From Hyphomicrobiales bacterium (GTDB lineage: Bacteria; Pseudomonadota; Alphaproteobacteria; Rhizobiales; Xanthobacteraceae), in contig JACESF010000018.1 of NCBI GenBank assembly GCA_013911975.1, positions 453 to 64,452 on the forward strand: DNA of 64,000 nt. The letters run 5' to 3'. This document shows positions 1-9,659 of this stretch, piece after piece (the stretch's first letter is position 1; the number at the start of each line of letters is the position of its first letter). Both the position numbers and the translations under genes were made by a program. The notes under the pieces are model-generated. The model had not been told where the DNA came from and did not search any database. It saw only the letters and a program-made list of their open reading frames with translations.

Positions 1-1343
1 GATCCGCCGAGGCTGAGGCCGAGGATGCCGATGGCGCCCACCCCGCTGGTGGAGATGGTGCCCGCATTGGTGACGGTCACCGTTCCGGGGGTGCCCGCGC
101 CGGGGCCGACCTGTCCCACCTGGTCGATCTCGTAGGTCCCGTCGGAATTCTCCTTCAGCAACCCGACCCCGCGCCCGCCTGTCGCGCTGGCGGCGAGGAT
201 GCCGATGGCCACGTCGCCCTGGGTGGTGATCGTTCCCCGGTTGTCCACCGTCACATTGCCGGCATTGCCGGGAGGAGCGAGCGTGGAGGGCACGCTGTTG
301 GGCGAGCCGCCGTTCTCCAGGCTGTCCGGAGGCTGCTGGGAGGTGTTGGCATTGCCGCCGGTGCTGACCGCGAGGATGCCGACGCCGAGTTCCCCATTGG
401 TGGTGATGGCCGCATTGCGCGCGACAGTGACGCTGACGTCCCCGCCATTGCCGTTCTGGTGGCCGTTGCTGACACCGTCCTCCGCATACCAGGACAGGCC
501 GCCGGCGCTGAAGGCATAGACGGCGATGGAATTGTCGCCGCGCATATTGATCTGGGCGCCGGGATTGAGCACGACCGATACACTGCCGGCGTTGCCGCCC
601 AGCGCGGAATCCTTGTTGTCCGTGGCGCCCGAATAGCCGCCCACGGACAGGGCGTAGATGCCATAGGCGTTATCGGTGTTCAGGCCGCCGACCGGCGGCA
701 GGGCGGGAACGTTGATGCTGCTCGACAAGATGACCGAGACATCGCCCGCCGCGCCGCCACCATTGACGTTGTGGTTGCTGTCGTGGCTGTAGCCGCCGCC
801 CTGTCCGCCCGCGCTCAGCGCATAGACGGCCGCGACGTTCGGGCCGAGCTGGATCACGGACCCCTGGTTGACGGTGACCGACACGTTTCCGCTCGTGCCG
901 CCATGGCCCGATGCGTTGTCGTCCGCATAGCCGCAGCCCCCCACCGACTGCGCCCAGATGGCCGCGGCCTGCGGGATGACGAGCCCGCCCAGCCCCTGCA
1001 CGCCGGGCGTGAGGATGCCGGGCGAATAGATGGTCCCGCTATTGGTGATGCTGACATCGCCGGCCGCCCCGCCCAATGTCGCGCCGGACGTGCCGTTGGC
1101 GCCCTGCGACTGCAGCAGGAGTGTCGCGTTGGACCCGAGGCCCGTGAGATCCTGGCTGTTGGTGATGCTGGCGCCGGCCGGATTGATGCCCTCGCTGCCG
1201 GGCGTGCCGTGGACGAGGCATGTGACCGGCTGGACGGCCTGGGCGCGGACGGAGGTGGAGGAGGCCGGCAGCGCCATCACCGGCACGGCCAGGGCCACGG
1301 AGGATCTGACCGCGATCGCGATCCCGGAGCGCACCAATCCCAT
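1..1343 (-). CDS. Secreted Gly/Asn/Ser-rich beta-helix repeat protein (autotransporter/adhesin-like passenger), N-terminal ~447 aa; 3' end runs off the window
   Basis: Not in the supplied ORF track because it is open at the window edge. My translation of the minus strand from ATG (1343-1341) gives MGLVRSGIAIAVRSSVALAVPVMALPASSTSVRAQA, a Sec-type signal with an AQA site. At least 7 degenerate ~45-aa repeats follow, of the type G-x-x-G-(D/N/S)-V-(S/T)-V...I....G...A(V/I)(Y/G)(A/I)(L/F)S.GG. No stop down to base 3. GAGGGG RBS ~8 nt upstream. Confidence 0.6.
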   Translation of the reverse strand, partial: MGLVRSGIAIAVRSSVALAVPVMALPASSTSVRAQAVQPVTCLVHGTPGSEGINPAGASITNSQDLTGLGSNATLLLQSQGANGTSGATLGGAAGDVSITNSGTIYSPGILTPGVQGLGGLVIPQAAAIWAQSVGGCGYADDNASGHGGTSGNVSVTVNQGSVIQLGPNVAAVYALSAGGQGGGYSHDSNHNVNGGGAAGDVSVILSSSINVPALPPVGGLNTDNAYGIYALSVGGYSGATDNKDSALGGNAGSVSVVLNPGAQINMRGDNSIAVYAFSAGGLSWYAEDGVSNGHQNGNGGDVSVTVARNAAITTNGELGVGILAVSTGGNANTSQQPPDSLENGGSPNSVPSTLAPPGNAGNVTVDNRGTITTQGDVAIGILAASATGGRGVGLLKENSDGTYEIDQVGQVGPGAGTPGTVTVTNAGTISTSGVGAIGILGLSLGG

Positions 1344-1518
1344 GGAAATGGCCCCTCAACGTTCGCGCCGAAGGCGCAACGGGGCGTTGCCCCATGCGGA
1401 TCCGATTGGCTCGGATCATTGATCCACGACAGAGGGAGAAACTGTAATTTACGGCCAAGTTCGCCGCAATTGCAGACTTCTCAGCACCCGCTGAAGGATC
1501 TTCATCCGGCAACGCCGC

Positions 1519-2493
1519 TCAGGTGCGGTCGGCCTCCTCGTCCGCACTCGCGGCCTGCAATTGCTCTCGCAGCCATTTGAGCCCTTCGTCCGCCTCGTCG
1601 CAGGCGCGGTAGGCCAATTCCAGGGTCACCTCGATCGGCTCCAGCGCCGGGTCGAGCATGGCAAGGCCGCCTTGCGAGAGCGCGGTGCGGGCGAGGCGCG
1701 CCGGCACGGTTGCGACGAGGTCCGACCCCCGCACGATGGGCGCGAGCGCGGTGAAATAAGGCACGGAAACGGCCACCCGCGGCGCCGGCTCTCCGCTCGC
1801 CCGCCCCTCCAGGACGGCCCGCTCTATCCAGACGCGCCGCACGAGACCGCGATCGTCTTGAAAGCCGTCGGTGCGCATCTCCTCGGTTCCGGTCAGTTCG
1901 ACGACGGCGTGCGGATAGGCGAGGAGGCGTGCCGCCGTCACGTCGCCATCGAGCAGAGGGTGGCCCTCCCGCACGAGAAGCGCCGCACGCTCTGTCATGA
2001 GCCGGCTCTTGCGCAACGTATCGGGAAGAGCTTCGAACCAGCCGATGAGGAGGTCCACAGAGGCGCTTTCGAGCTGCCGCCGGAAATCCACCCGGCTGAG
2101 CGGGACCACCTTCAGATCGACGGCGGGCGCGACCATGGCCAAAAGCGCCATGAGCTTCGGCAGCGTGACGGAGCAGAAGAGGTCGCCGGCCGCGATGCGA
2201 AAGACGCGGTTCGATTCCGCGGGCACGAACGGCCCGGCATTGAGCGCCCCGCCGAGCCGCATCATGGCGTCCTGGATCGGGCCTGCGAGCGCCAGCGCCC
2301 GCGGCGTCGGCACCATGCCGGTCTCGCCGCGCACGAAAAGTTCGTCGCCCAGCGCCTGCCGCAGCCGCGCGAGCGCGTGGCTGACCGCGGACGCGCTGAG
2401 ATTGAGCTCCTCGCTGGCCAGCGAGATGCTGCGATAGGTCATCACCTGATGGAACACGTACAGCAGGTTCAGGTCGATCTGGCGCAGATGCAT
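1519..2493 (-). CDS. LysR-family transcriptional regulator
   Basis: 324-aa ORF with ATG start. N-terminal wHTH LNLLYVFHQVMTYRSISLASEELNLSASAVSHALARLRQALGDELFVR is typical of the LysR family. Confidence 0.9.
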   Translation of the reverse strand: MHLRQIDLNLLYVFHQVMTYRSISLASEELNLSASAVSHALARLRQALGDELFVRGETGMVPTPRALALAGPIQDAMMRLGGALNAGPFVPAESNRVFRIAAGDLFCSVTLPKLMALLAMVAPAVDLKVVPLSRVDFRRQLESASVDLLIGWFEALPDTLRKSRLMTERAALLVREGHPLLDGDVTAARLLAYPHAVVELTGTEEMRTDGFQDDRGLVRRVWIERAVLEGRASGEPAPRVAVSVPYFTALAPIVRGSDLVATVPARLARTALSQGGLAMLDPALEPIEVTLELAYRACDEADEGLKWLREQLQAASADEEADRT

Positions 2494-2790
2494 CGCAGCT
2501 CCGTTCCCACGAATATGCGCTTCCCGCGCCCATCCTAGACATCAGAATACGGTCAGGAAGCAGACATTCCGCAGGGCGAAATATCTCTTCGTCGCCCCTG
2601 CTGGCGCTTTGGCGGTGCGGAAGCAGGCGAGCCAGCCCAAGCCGGCGCACCGATCCTCCCGTGCGTCACGGGCCAGCGCAGCGTTCTCGCCCCTCCCACA
2701 CCTCTCGTCCCACATTTGCATGACGAACGAGGCCCGATTTCCCCGGGCCCGACCTTCAAGCGGGCGAGACCGGTCTTTACAGAAGGCGGC

Positions 2791-2900
2791 GTCATGCCGG
2801 ACGCGTCATGGCCGGGCTCGTCCCGGCCATCCACGGGGTTCGGCCGGGTCCACGCTCGACCCGGAGGCGTGGATACCCGGGACGAGCCCGGGCATGACCG
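2791..2900. repeat. REP-like compound palindromic intergenic element
   Basis: catggccgggctcgtcccggccatccac (2807-2834) matches the reverse complement of gtggatacccgggacgagcccgggcatg (2869-2896) at 25/28 positions. A nested ccgggtc/gacccgg hairpin lies between them (2844-2864). The GGCCGGGA(C/G)...CCCGGCCATGAC type of unit is a common intergenic repeat in Bradyrhizobiaceae/Xanthobacteraceae genomes (from memory). Confidence 0.6.
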
Positions 2901-2964
2901 CCCCGAGGGGCCGGCACCACATGCGTTCGACGCGATCCTTGTAGGCGCAGGTGTCGCAGGGGCG

Positions 2965-3849
2965 TCAGACCGCCGCCTTCAGGTGGTCCACGAAGGCTTG
3001 GGCGGCGGGGGACAGGGAGAGGCCGGAGCGGCGGATCCAGGTGACTTCGCGCTCGATCACCGGCGCCGTGAGCTGCTTCGACGCGACGAGGCTCCGGTCC
3101 TCCAGCATCACCGCGTAGCCCGGCACGATGGCGATGCCCAGGCCCGCCCGGACAAGCCCCAGCAGGGTGCCGACGAAGGTCGCCTCGAAGGCCGGCTCCA
3201 GGGCGATGCCCGCGGCCGCGAAGCCGGCTTCCGCGAGATCGCGGAACACGCTGCCGGGCGGAAGGGTGAGGATGGGCTGCCCGTCGAGGTCGCGCCACTT
3301 CAGGGCCCGCCGGCTGCCGAAGGCGTGCCCGCGCGGAAAGGCGGCCACCAGGGATTCCCGGAACAGCAGGGACTGGGTGATGTCGCTCTCGCTGCGGCGG
3401 AACGTGCCGATGCCCACGTCCGCCGCGCCGGAGCGCACCAGGGGCAGCACTTCGTTGGGCAGCGTGTCGCGCAGCACCAGGTCGATCCCTGGATAGGCCG
3501 CGCGGAAGGTCGCCAGGATCGGCGGCAGGAAGGTGCTGGCCAGCACCAGCGGCGCGGTGACGACGACCCGGCCGCGCTGGGTGGCCACCAGCTTGTCCAC
3601 GTCGGAAACGGCATGGGACACGTCGTCGAGGATGCGCCGCGCGCTGGTGAAGAAGCTCTGCCCGACGGCGGTGGCGCTGGCCGAGCGGGTGGTCCTGTCC
3701 ACCAGGCGCACGCCCAGCATTGCCTCGAGGTCCCGCACCAGAAGGCTGAGGGCCGACTGGGTGAGGTTCATGTCGCGCGCCGCCTTGGTGAAGCTGCCGC
3801 GCTCCACCACCAGCACGAAGGCCCGGAGCTGCCGGAGGGTGACGCTCAT
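2965..3849 (-). CDS. LysR-family transcriptional regulator
   Basis: MSVTLRQLRAFVLVVERGSFTKAARDMNLTQSALSLLVRDLEAMLGVRLVDR wHTH. The track ORF starts at a TTG (3861); I prefer the in-frame ATG at 3849. Confidence 0.9.
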   Translation of the reverse strand: MSVTLRQLRAFVLVVERGSFTKAARDMNLTQSALSLLVRDLEAMLGVRLVDRTTRSASATAVGQSFFTSARRILDDVSHAVSDVDKLVATQRGRVVVTAPLVLASTFLPPILATFRAAYPGIDLVLRDTLPNEVLPLVRSGAADVGIGTFRRSESDITQSLLFRESLVAAFPRGHAFGSRRALKWRDLDGQPILTLPPGSVFRDLAEAGFAAAGIALEPAFEATFVGTLLGLVRAGLGIAIVPGYAVMLEDRSLVASKQLTAPVIEREVTWIRRSGLSLSPAAQAFVDHLKAAV

Positions 3850-3976
3850 GAGTTTTCCCAATCAATTCATGAGAAAGTTCTGTTTGATTTATAGATCCCC
3901 AGCTCCTCCAATGGCGACAGAAAAGAGGGCCCGTCACCCCCTGGGAAACGACGGGCCGCCGGGAGGATCGATCGGC

Positions 3977-4948
3977 ATGATCAAGAGGCACGCTCTCGTC
4001 GCGCTCGCCGCGGCGTTCTTCACTTTGCCATCCCTCGCCATGGCGCAGGACGCCTATCCGGCGCGGGCCATCAAGATGATCGTCGGCTTCCCGCCGGGCA
4101 CGTCCACGGACGTCGCGGCGCGCATCGTCGCCCAGCACATGAGCGGAACGCTCGGCAAGCCCGTGGTGGTGGACAATCGCGCCGGGGCCAGCAGCAATAC
4201 CGGCGCGCAGGCGGCGGCCAACAGCCCGGCCGACGGCTACACGCTGTTCGTCACCACCATCGCCAACACCATCAACCAGACCCTCCAGCCGGCGGTGGCC
4301 GTCAATCTCGACACGGCGTTCGATCCCGTGGCCATGATCGGCAGCATGACCAACCTGCTGGTGGTCAATCCCACGCTGGAGGTGGCGTCGGTCTCCGAAC
4401 TGGTGGCCGCCGCGAAGAAGAAGCCGGACGGGATCGCCTATGCCTCGTCGGGCACCGGCACCTCGCCCCACCTGTCCGGCGAATTGTTCAACCAGATGGC
4501 CGGCACGCGCATGTTCCACGTGCCCTACAAGGGCTCGGCGCCCGCCGTCACGGATCTGCTGGCGGGGCAGGTGCTGGTGATGTTCTCGCCGGCCTCCTCG
4601 GTGCTGCCGCACATCAAGTCCGGCAAGCTGAAGGCCCTGGCGTCCACGGGGGCGACCCGTTCGGAGAGCACGCCGGACCTGCCGACGGTCGCGGAACTGG
4701 GCCTCACCGGCTTCGAGACCTCGGTCTGGTTCGGCGTCGAGGTACCCAAGGGCACGCCCGCGCCGGTCATCGAGACGCTGCGCAAGGCCATCGAGAGCGC
4801 GCAGAAGGACCCCGCCGTCCGCGAGCAGTTCAAGGCCCAGGGCATCGATCTCGTGGAGGCCGGTACCGACGCCTTCCGCAAGCTGATCGACAGCGAGATC
4901 AGCAAATGGGGCCAAGTCATTAAGTCAGCCGGCATCAAGGCGGAATAG
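3977..4948 (+). CDS. Bug/TctC-family periplasmic tricarboxylate-type solute-binding protein (orphan, no tctAB nearby)
   Basis: ATG at 3977 after a GGGAGGA RBS. Signal peptide MIKRHALVALAAAFFTLPSLAMA. Family motifs IKMIVGFPPGTSTD, YASSGTGTSPHL, HVPYKGSAPA. The upstream 148 codons of the track ORF are antisense noise. Confidence 0.9.
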   Translation: MIKRHALVALAAAFFTLPSLAMAQDAYPARAIKMIVGFPPGTSTDVAARIVAQHMSGTLGKPVVVDNRAGASSNTGAQAAANSPADGYTLFVTTIANTINQTLQPAVAVNLDTAFDPVAMIGSMTNLLVVNPTLEVASVSELVAAAKKKPDGIAYASSGTGTSPHLSGELFNQMAGTRMFHVPYKGSAPAVTDLLAGQVLVMFSPASSVLPHIKSGKLKALASTGATRSESTPDLPTVAELGLTGFETSVWFGVEVPKGTPAPVIETLRKAIESAQKDPAVREQFKAQGIDLVEAGTDAFRKLIDSEISKWGQVIKSAGIKAE

Positions 4949-4966
4949 AAGAAGGTCGTACGTGTC

Positions 4967-5491
4967 ATGGCAAAGCTTACAGCGGTGGAATGCCGGTCCT
5001 TCATCCAGGCCGTGGTCGAGAAGGCGGAGGAGATGCGGGTTCCCATCTCGGTCGCCGTGGTGGGGCCGGAAGGACATCTGATCGCGCTGGAGCGCATGGA
5101 CGATGCCGGCTTCATCACGCCGGACATCGCGCGGGGCAAGGCCTACACGGCCTGCGCGTTCCGCGCCATGAGCCCGCGCTTCCCGGACGGCCTCGTGATC
5201 CAGCAATGGTTCAAGGAGCGCAATCCGCAGATGCTGATGAACGCCTCCATTTTCACCAACGGCCAGATCGTCGCGTCCGGCGGATGCGCGCCCATCTTCA
5301 AGGGCGACGAGATGGTGGGCGCCTACGGCATCAGCGGGGGCACCTCGGGGCAGGACGAGGAGATGGCGATCCATGCCCGCACCAAGCTCGGCTGGTCGCA
5401 CATGTCCGCCACCGATAACACGCCCGACGATGTGAAGGCCCACGTCAACGAGATCTATGTGCGGATGGGCCTCGGGCCGCGCGCCCTCTGA
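4967..5491 (+). CDS. GlcG/HbpS-like (DUF336) haem-binding family protein
   Basis: 174 aa. VAVVGPEGHLIALERMDDAGFITPDIARGKAYTACAFR and GGCAPIF.GDEMVGAYGISGGTSGQDEE are characteristic of DUF336. Confidence 0.85.
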   Translation: MAKLTAVECRSFIQAVVEKAEEMRVPISVAVVGPEGHLIALERMDDAGFITPDIARGKAYTACAFRAMSPRFPDGLVIQQWFKERNPQMLMNASIFTNGQIVASGGCAPIFKGDEMVGAYGISGGTSGQDEEMAIHARTKLGWSHMSATDNTPDDVKAHVNEIYVRMGLGPRAL

Positions 5492-5531
5492 GGGGGGCGA
5501 GGCGAAGCTGACCGTGCGGGGAACGGCAGGT

Positions 5532-5564
5532 CCGGAGGCGTGAGCCCTGATATCACGCCTCCGG
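5532..5564. terminator. Perfect 12-bp inverted repeat between convergent genes (possible bidirectional terminator)
   Basis: ccggaggcgtga (5532-5543) / tcacgcctccgg (5553-5564) with a 9-nt loop. The right arm includes the stop codon of the LysR gene on the minus strand. No T-run. Confidence 0.4.
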
Positions 5565-6461
5565 AATGCCCTGCTCGCGCAGGGAATTGATGATCCAGCT
5601 CCGGGCGCCCGCGAAGCGGTCGCGCACCTCCTTGGAGCGCCAGGCGATGTGGTAGTTGAACATCGCCGGCACCGAGAGATCGAACAGGCGGACCAGCTCG
5701 CCGCGCTCGAGATAATCCTTCACCACCAGCGACCGCGCCATGGCGATGCCCTGCCCGTAAAGCGCCCCGCGCACGGTGAGCGCCACGTCGTCCAGAAGGG
5801 TGGAATGGGTGGGGTAGGTGATGGGCAGGCCCGCCTTCTCCAGCCACAAGTTCCACGTCATCTGCGAATGCAGCAGGAGCGGCACGTCCGACATGCTCTC
5901 CATGGTGAGGTCCGGGTGCCGGGCGAGGAAGGCCGGGCTGCACACGGGATAGATGATCTCCGCGCCCACCCGCTCGGTCAGCAGGCCCGGGATGTCGCCG
6001 GCGCCGTAGAGGATGGCGATGTCGGTGTCCTCCGGGCATTTCTCCGACAGGTCGGGCACGCTGGAGATGCGCAGGCCCACGCCCCCCAGTTCCGCCTTGA
6101 ACGCCGCGAGCCGGGGCAGGAGCCAGTGTTCCGCGAGCCCCACCTGCATGGCGAGGTTCAGGATCTCACGACGCGGGGACGCCGCAGCGTGGGCCACCGA
6201 ATAAGCCTGGCTGAGATAGTCCAGCGCGCGCCGGGTCTCGACCTCCAGCGTATGGCCGACCACCGTCAGCGCGATGCGGTTGCCCTGGCGCACGAACAGC
6301 GACTGGCCGATCGCCTCCTCCAGCGACCGGATCTGGTGGCTGACCGCGCTGTGGGTGATGCACATCTCCTCCGCCGCCAGGGAGAAGCTTCCCAGGCGCG
6401 CCGCCGCCTCGAAGCAGCGGAGCGTCTGCAGGGAGGGCAGGGCCCGGTACGGCGTGGACAT
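5553..6461 (-). CDS. LysR-family transcriptional regulator (GcvA-like)
   Basis: MSTPYRALPSLQTLRCFEAAARLGSFSLAAEEMCITHSAVSHQIRSLEEAIGQSLFVRQGNR. ATG at 6461 preceded by GGGAAGG. Divergent from the MFS operon. Confidence 0.9.
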   Translation of the reverse strand: MSTPYRALPSLQTLRCFEAAARLGSFSLAAEEMCITHSAVSHQIRSLEEAIGQSLFVRQGNRIALTVVGHTLEVETRRALDYLSQAYSVAHAAASPRREILNLAMQVGLAEHWLLPRLAAFKAELGGVGLRISSVPDLSEKCPEDTDIAILYGAGDIPGLLTERVGAEIIYPVCSPAFLARHPDLTMESMSDVPLLLHSQMTWNLWLEKAGLPITYPTHSTLLDDVALTVRGALYGQGIAMARSLVVKDYLERGELVRLFDLSVPAMFNYHIAWRSKEVRDRFAGARSWIINSLREQGIPEA

Positions 6462-6738
6462 GGGGCTGGAACCTTCCCTGTGCGGCGCCGCGTCGTGAAC
6501 GGCGCGCGGCGTGGCCGCTAGGCAACCCCCAGCCACCCGCCCCTGTCAAATCCGCCGCCGGACGCGCTGTCAATTTCGCTCACACTCCATTGAGAAATGG
6601 CCAATTGCGGCCCTTCCCGCCCTTTCCTATGACCGACCAAAGACTTCGCGCTCCGCAAGTCGCTGGCCCCACGGCCCGCCTCGGAGCCCCGCAGGCGATG
6701 CCGGCGGACAATCAAAATCAATGTTGGGAGGGTCGTTC

Positions 6739-7998
6739 ATGAGTGCTGACGTCACCACAGCTCCGTCCGCGCAGGCGAGCACCAGATGGTATGTGGGCGC
6801 GACCCGCGCCCAGTGGCAGTCGTTCTGGTCCGCCTATCTCGGCTGGGCCCTGGACATCATGGACCTGCTGCTGTTCGCCATGATGCTCAGCCACATCAGC
6901 GCCGACCTCGGCATGGACCGCTCGACGGCGGGCATGATCGCGTCCGCGAGCCTCGTGGCGACGGCCTTCGGCGGCCTCATCTTCGGCTTCCTCGCCGACC
7001 GCATCGGGCGCACCCGCTCCATGGTGCTGTCCATCCTCTGCTATTCCGTCGGCACCATGCTCTGCGGCTTCTCGCAGACCATCATGCAGCTCCTGCTGTT
7101 CCGCATCGTCGTCGGCCTCGGCGTGGGCGGCGAATGGTCCGCCGGCGCGGCCCTCATCACGGAGACCTGGCCCGCCAAGCATCGCGGCAAGGTCATGGCC
7201 TGGGTGCAGAGCGCCTTCGCCACCGGCTATGCCATGGCGGCCATCGTCGCCGCCGTCTTCCTGCCGATCGTGGGCTGGCGCGGCGTGTTCTTCTTCGGCA
7301 TCGCCCCGGCGCTGCTGGCCTTCTGGATCCGCCGCCACGCGCCGGAGCCGGAAATCTGGAAGCAGCAGACCAAGCGCCTGACGCTCGGCGAGACCTTCAA
7401 GATGCTGAGCACCGAGCACGGGCGCAGCACGGCGGTGGGCTTCGCCTTCACGGCGGCGGCCATGTGCGGCTATTGGGGCCTGTTCACCTGGATCCCCACC
7501 TGGCTCGCCACGCCCGTCTCCGCCGGCGGCCCCGGCCTCGATCTGGTCAAGTCCACCACCTGGATCGTGATCATGCAGGTGGGCGCGGCGTTCGGCTTCG
7601 TCTCCTTCGGCTATGTCGCCGACGCGCTGGGGCGCAAGGCCGCCTTCATCATCTACTTCCTGCTCTCGGCGCTCTGCGTGCCCATCTACACGCTGATCTC
7701 CACCCCCACCCTGCTTCTGGTGTTCGGTCCCGTGGTGGCCTTCTTCGGCACCGGCTTCTATTCCGGCTTCGCCCCCACCTTCGCGGAACTGTTCCCCACC
7801 AACGTGCGGGCGACCGCGCAGGGCTTCATCTACAACGCCGGCCGCGCGGTCAGCGCGCTCGCCCCCGCGGCGGTCGGGTTCCTGGCGACCAGCTTCGGCC
7901 TGTCCGGCGCGCTCGCCTTCACCGCCGGCTTCTTCGTGCTCGCCGGCCTGATCGTCCTCATCTTCCTGCCCGAGACCAAGGGAGCGGAGCTCCAATGA
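6739..7998 (+). CDS. MFS transporter (aromatic acid/metabolite:H+ symporter-like)
   Basis: 12-TM-like hydrophobic profile. MFS motif GFLADRIGRTRSM between TM2 and TM3. ATG at 6739 after GGGAGGG (alternative ATG at 6721). The stop overlaps the next start (ATGA). Confidence 0.85.
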   Translation: MSADVTTAPSAQASTRWYVGATRAQWQSFWSAYLGWALDIMDLLLFAMMLSHISADLGMDRSTAGMIASASLVATAFGGLIFGFLADRIGRTRSMVLSILCYSVGTMLCGFSQTIMQLLLFRIVVGLGVGGEWSAGAALITETWPAKHRGKVMAWVQSAFATGYAMAAIVAAVFLPIVGWRGVFFFGIAPALLAFWIRRHAPEPEIWKQQTKRLTLGETFKMLSTEHGRSTAVGFAFTAAAMCGYWGLFTWIPTWLATPVSAGGPGLDLVKSTTWIVIMQVGAAFGFVSFGYVADALGRKAAFIIYFLLSALCVPIYTLISTPTLLLVFGPVVAFFGTGFYSGFAPTFAELFPTNVRATAQGFIYNAGRAVSALAPAAVGFLATSFGLSGALAFTAGFFVLAGLIVLIFLPETKGAELQ

Positions 7999-8834
7999 CT
8001 ATCGCCACCACAGCCGCCACGGGCGTCTTCCAGTCCGAAGCGTGGCTCGGCGCCGCCAACTCGGCCCGGCAGATCGACCTCAGCCATCCCATGCAGAAGG
8101 GCATGCCGATCCATCCGGCGCACCCGCCCTTCCACATCACGCTCAACAACCGGCACGGCGACATGGTGCGCTGCTGCGGCCATTCCTCGTCCAACGAGCT
8201 GATGGTCACCAGCACCCACTCCTCGACCCATATCGACGCCATCTGCCACGTCTCCGAGCACGGCGCGCTCTACGGCAAGTTCGAGGCGTCCGAGCAGCAG
8301 CGCGGCATGGACCTGTTCAAGGTGCACGGCGCCGAGACCATCGCCCCCATCTTCCGGCGCGCCGTGCTGCTGGACGTGGCCGCGACCCTGGGCGTGGAGG
8401 CGCTGGAGCCGGCCTACGAGATCAGCGTGGCCGACATGGAGGCCGCCGAGGCGGCCTCGGGCGCCACCCTCCAGCCGGGGGACGTGGTGCTGGTGCGCAC
8501 CGGCTGGGCGAAATACTGGAAGGATTCGCCCCGCTATCTCGGCCTGAATTCCGCCGGAGCCCCCGGGCCGGGCGTGGAGGCGGGCCGCTGGCTCGCCGCG
8601 CGCAAGCCCTTCTCCGTGGGCTCGGACACCTCGGCCTTCGAGGTGATGAACCACCACAACATCACCCTCGAAGTGCACATGATCCTGATCGCCCAGAACG
8701 GGATCCACATCATCGAGAATCTCGACCTGGAGGAACTCGGCGGCGCCGTGACGGGGGCCTTCGCCTTCATCGCCCTGCCGCTGCGCATCTCGGGCGCGAC
8801 AGGTTCGCCCATCCGCCCGCTGGCGCTGCTGTGA
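7995..8834 (+). CDS. Putative cyclase-family metal hydrolase (kynurenine formamidase / isatin hydrolase-like)
   Basis: MTIATTAATGVF... with the H-x-x-T-H-I-D-A-x-x-H motif (HSSTHIDAICHV) and GSDTSAFE typical of PF04199. Translationally coupled to the MFS gene. Confidence 0.8.
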   Translation: MTIATTAATGVFQSEAWLGAANSARQIDLSHPMQKGMPIHPAHPPFHITLNNRHGDMVRCCGHSSSNELMVTSTHSSTHIDAICHVSEHGALYGKFEASEQQRGMDLFKVHGAETIAPIFRRAVLLDVAATLGVEALEPAYEISVADMEAAEAASGATLQPGDVVLVRTGWAKYWKDSPRYLGLNSAGAPGPGVEAGRWLAARKPFSVGSDTSAFEVMNHHNITLEVHMILIAQNGIHIIENLDLEELGGAVTGAFAFIALPLRISGATGSPIRPLALL

Positions 8835-8852
8835 GCGGGGGAGGGACAGCAC

Positions 8853-9635
8853 ATGCTCACTGAAGACGAACGCCGCCGCGGCGCGGAAGAGATCCTGCGC
8901 GCCGAGCGCGAGCGCAAGCCGGTCCTCCAGCTCTCCAAGACCTTTCCGCAGATGGAGATCGAGGACGCCTATCGCGTCCAGGACCTCTGGGCCGAGGCGC
9001 GCATCGCCGCCGGGGCGCGCATGGTCGGCCACAAGATCGGCCTGACCTCCCGCGCCATGCAGATGGCCTCGAAGATGACCGAGCCGGACTATGGCCGCAT
9101 CCTCGACGACGCGCTGTTCAACGACGGCGCGCAGATCCCCGCCGCGCACTTCATCAAGCCGCGCCTGGAAGTGGAACTCGCCTTCATCATGGGCGAAGAC
9201 CTCTCCGGCCCCGGCGCGCGCATCTATGACGTGATGCGGGCCACCGAATATGTGGTGCCGGCCCTGGAGATCATCGACTATCGCACCGAGGTGCCCCGCG
9301 CCATCGTGGACACCATCGCCGACAATGCCGCCTTCGGCGCCATCGTGGTCGGCGGGCGGGTGATCCGCCCCATGGACGTGGACGTGCGCTGGGTGGGCGC
9401 GACGCTCTCCAAGAACGGCATCATCGAGGAAAGCGGCGTCTCCGCCGCCATCATGGGCCATCCGGCGGCGGGCATCGCCTGGCTGGTGAACAAGCTGCAC
9501 GCCGTGGGCGCGAAGCTGGAGAAGGGGCAGATCGTGCTGGCCGGCTCGTTCGCGCGCCCCATCGACATCGCCCGGGGCGACATCGTCACCGCCGATTACG
9601 GCCCGCTCGGCAGCCTGAGCGTCTCCTTCACCTGA
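8853..9635 (+). CDS. hpaH: 2-oxo-hept-3/4-ene-1,7-dioate hydratase (HpaH/HpcG, MhpD family)
   Basis: 260 aa. IEDAYRVQ, GHKIGLTSRAMQ, EPDYG.ILDD, PRLEVELAFI, PALEIID and AGSF.RP align along the full length with E. coli HpaH as I recall it. Confidence 0.8.
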   Translation: MLTEDERRRGAEEILRAERERKPVLQLSKTFPQMEIEDAYRVQDLWAEARIAAGARMVGHKIGLTSRAMQMASKMTEPDYGRILDDALFNDGAQIPAAHFIKPRLEVELAFIMGEDLSGPGARIYDVMRATEYVVPALEIIDYRTEVPRAIVDTIADNAAFGAIVVGGRVIRPMDVDVRWVGATLSKNGIIEESGVSAAIMGHPAAGIAWLVNKLHAVGAKLEKGQIVLAGSFARPIDIARGDIVTADYGPLGSLSVSFT

Positions 9636-9659
9636 GGCCCCCGCCTTCGAGGTTTCTCC

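Noticed and set aside
199-1580. Track ORFs 199-519 (+), 251-664 (-), 459-1580 (+), 1039-1512 (-) and others in the first 1.5 kb
   Set aside because: All are alternative frames of the repeat-protein gene. Only the minus-strand frame from ATG 1343 gives a signal peptide, an RBS and a periodic repeat structure.
2792-4915. 707-aa minus-strand ORF
   Set aside because: It is antisense to the Bug/TctC gene and out of frame with the LysR gene at 2965-3849. No recognisable domains.
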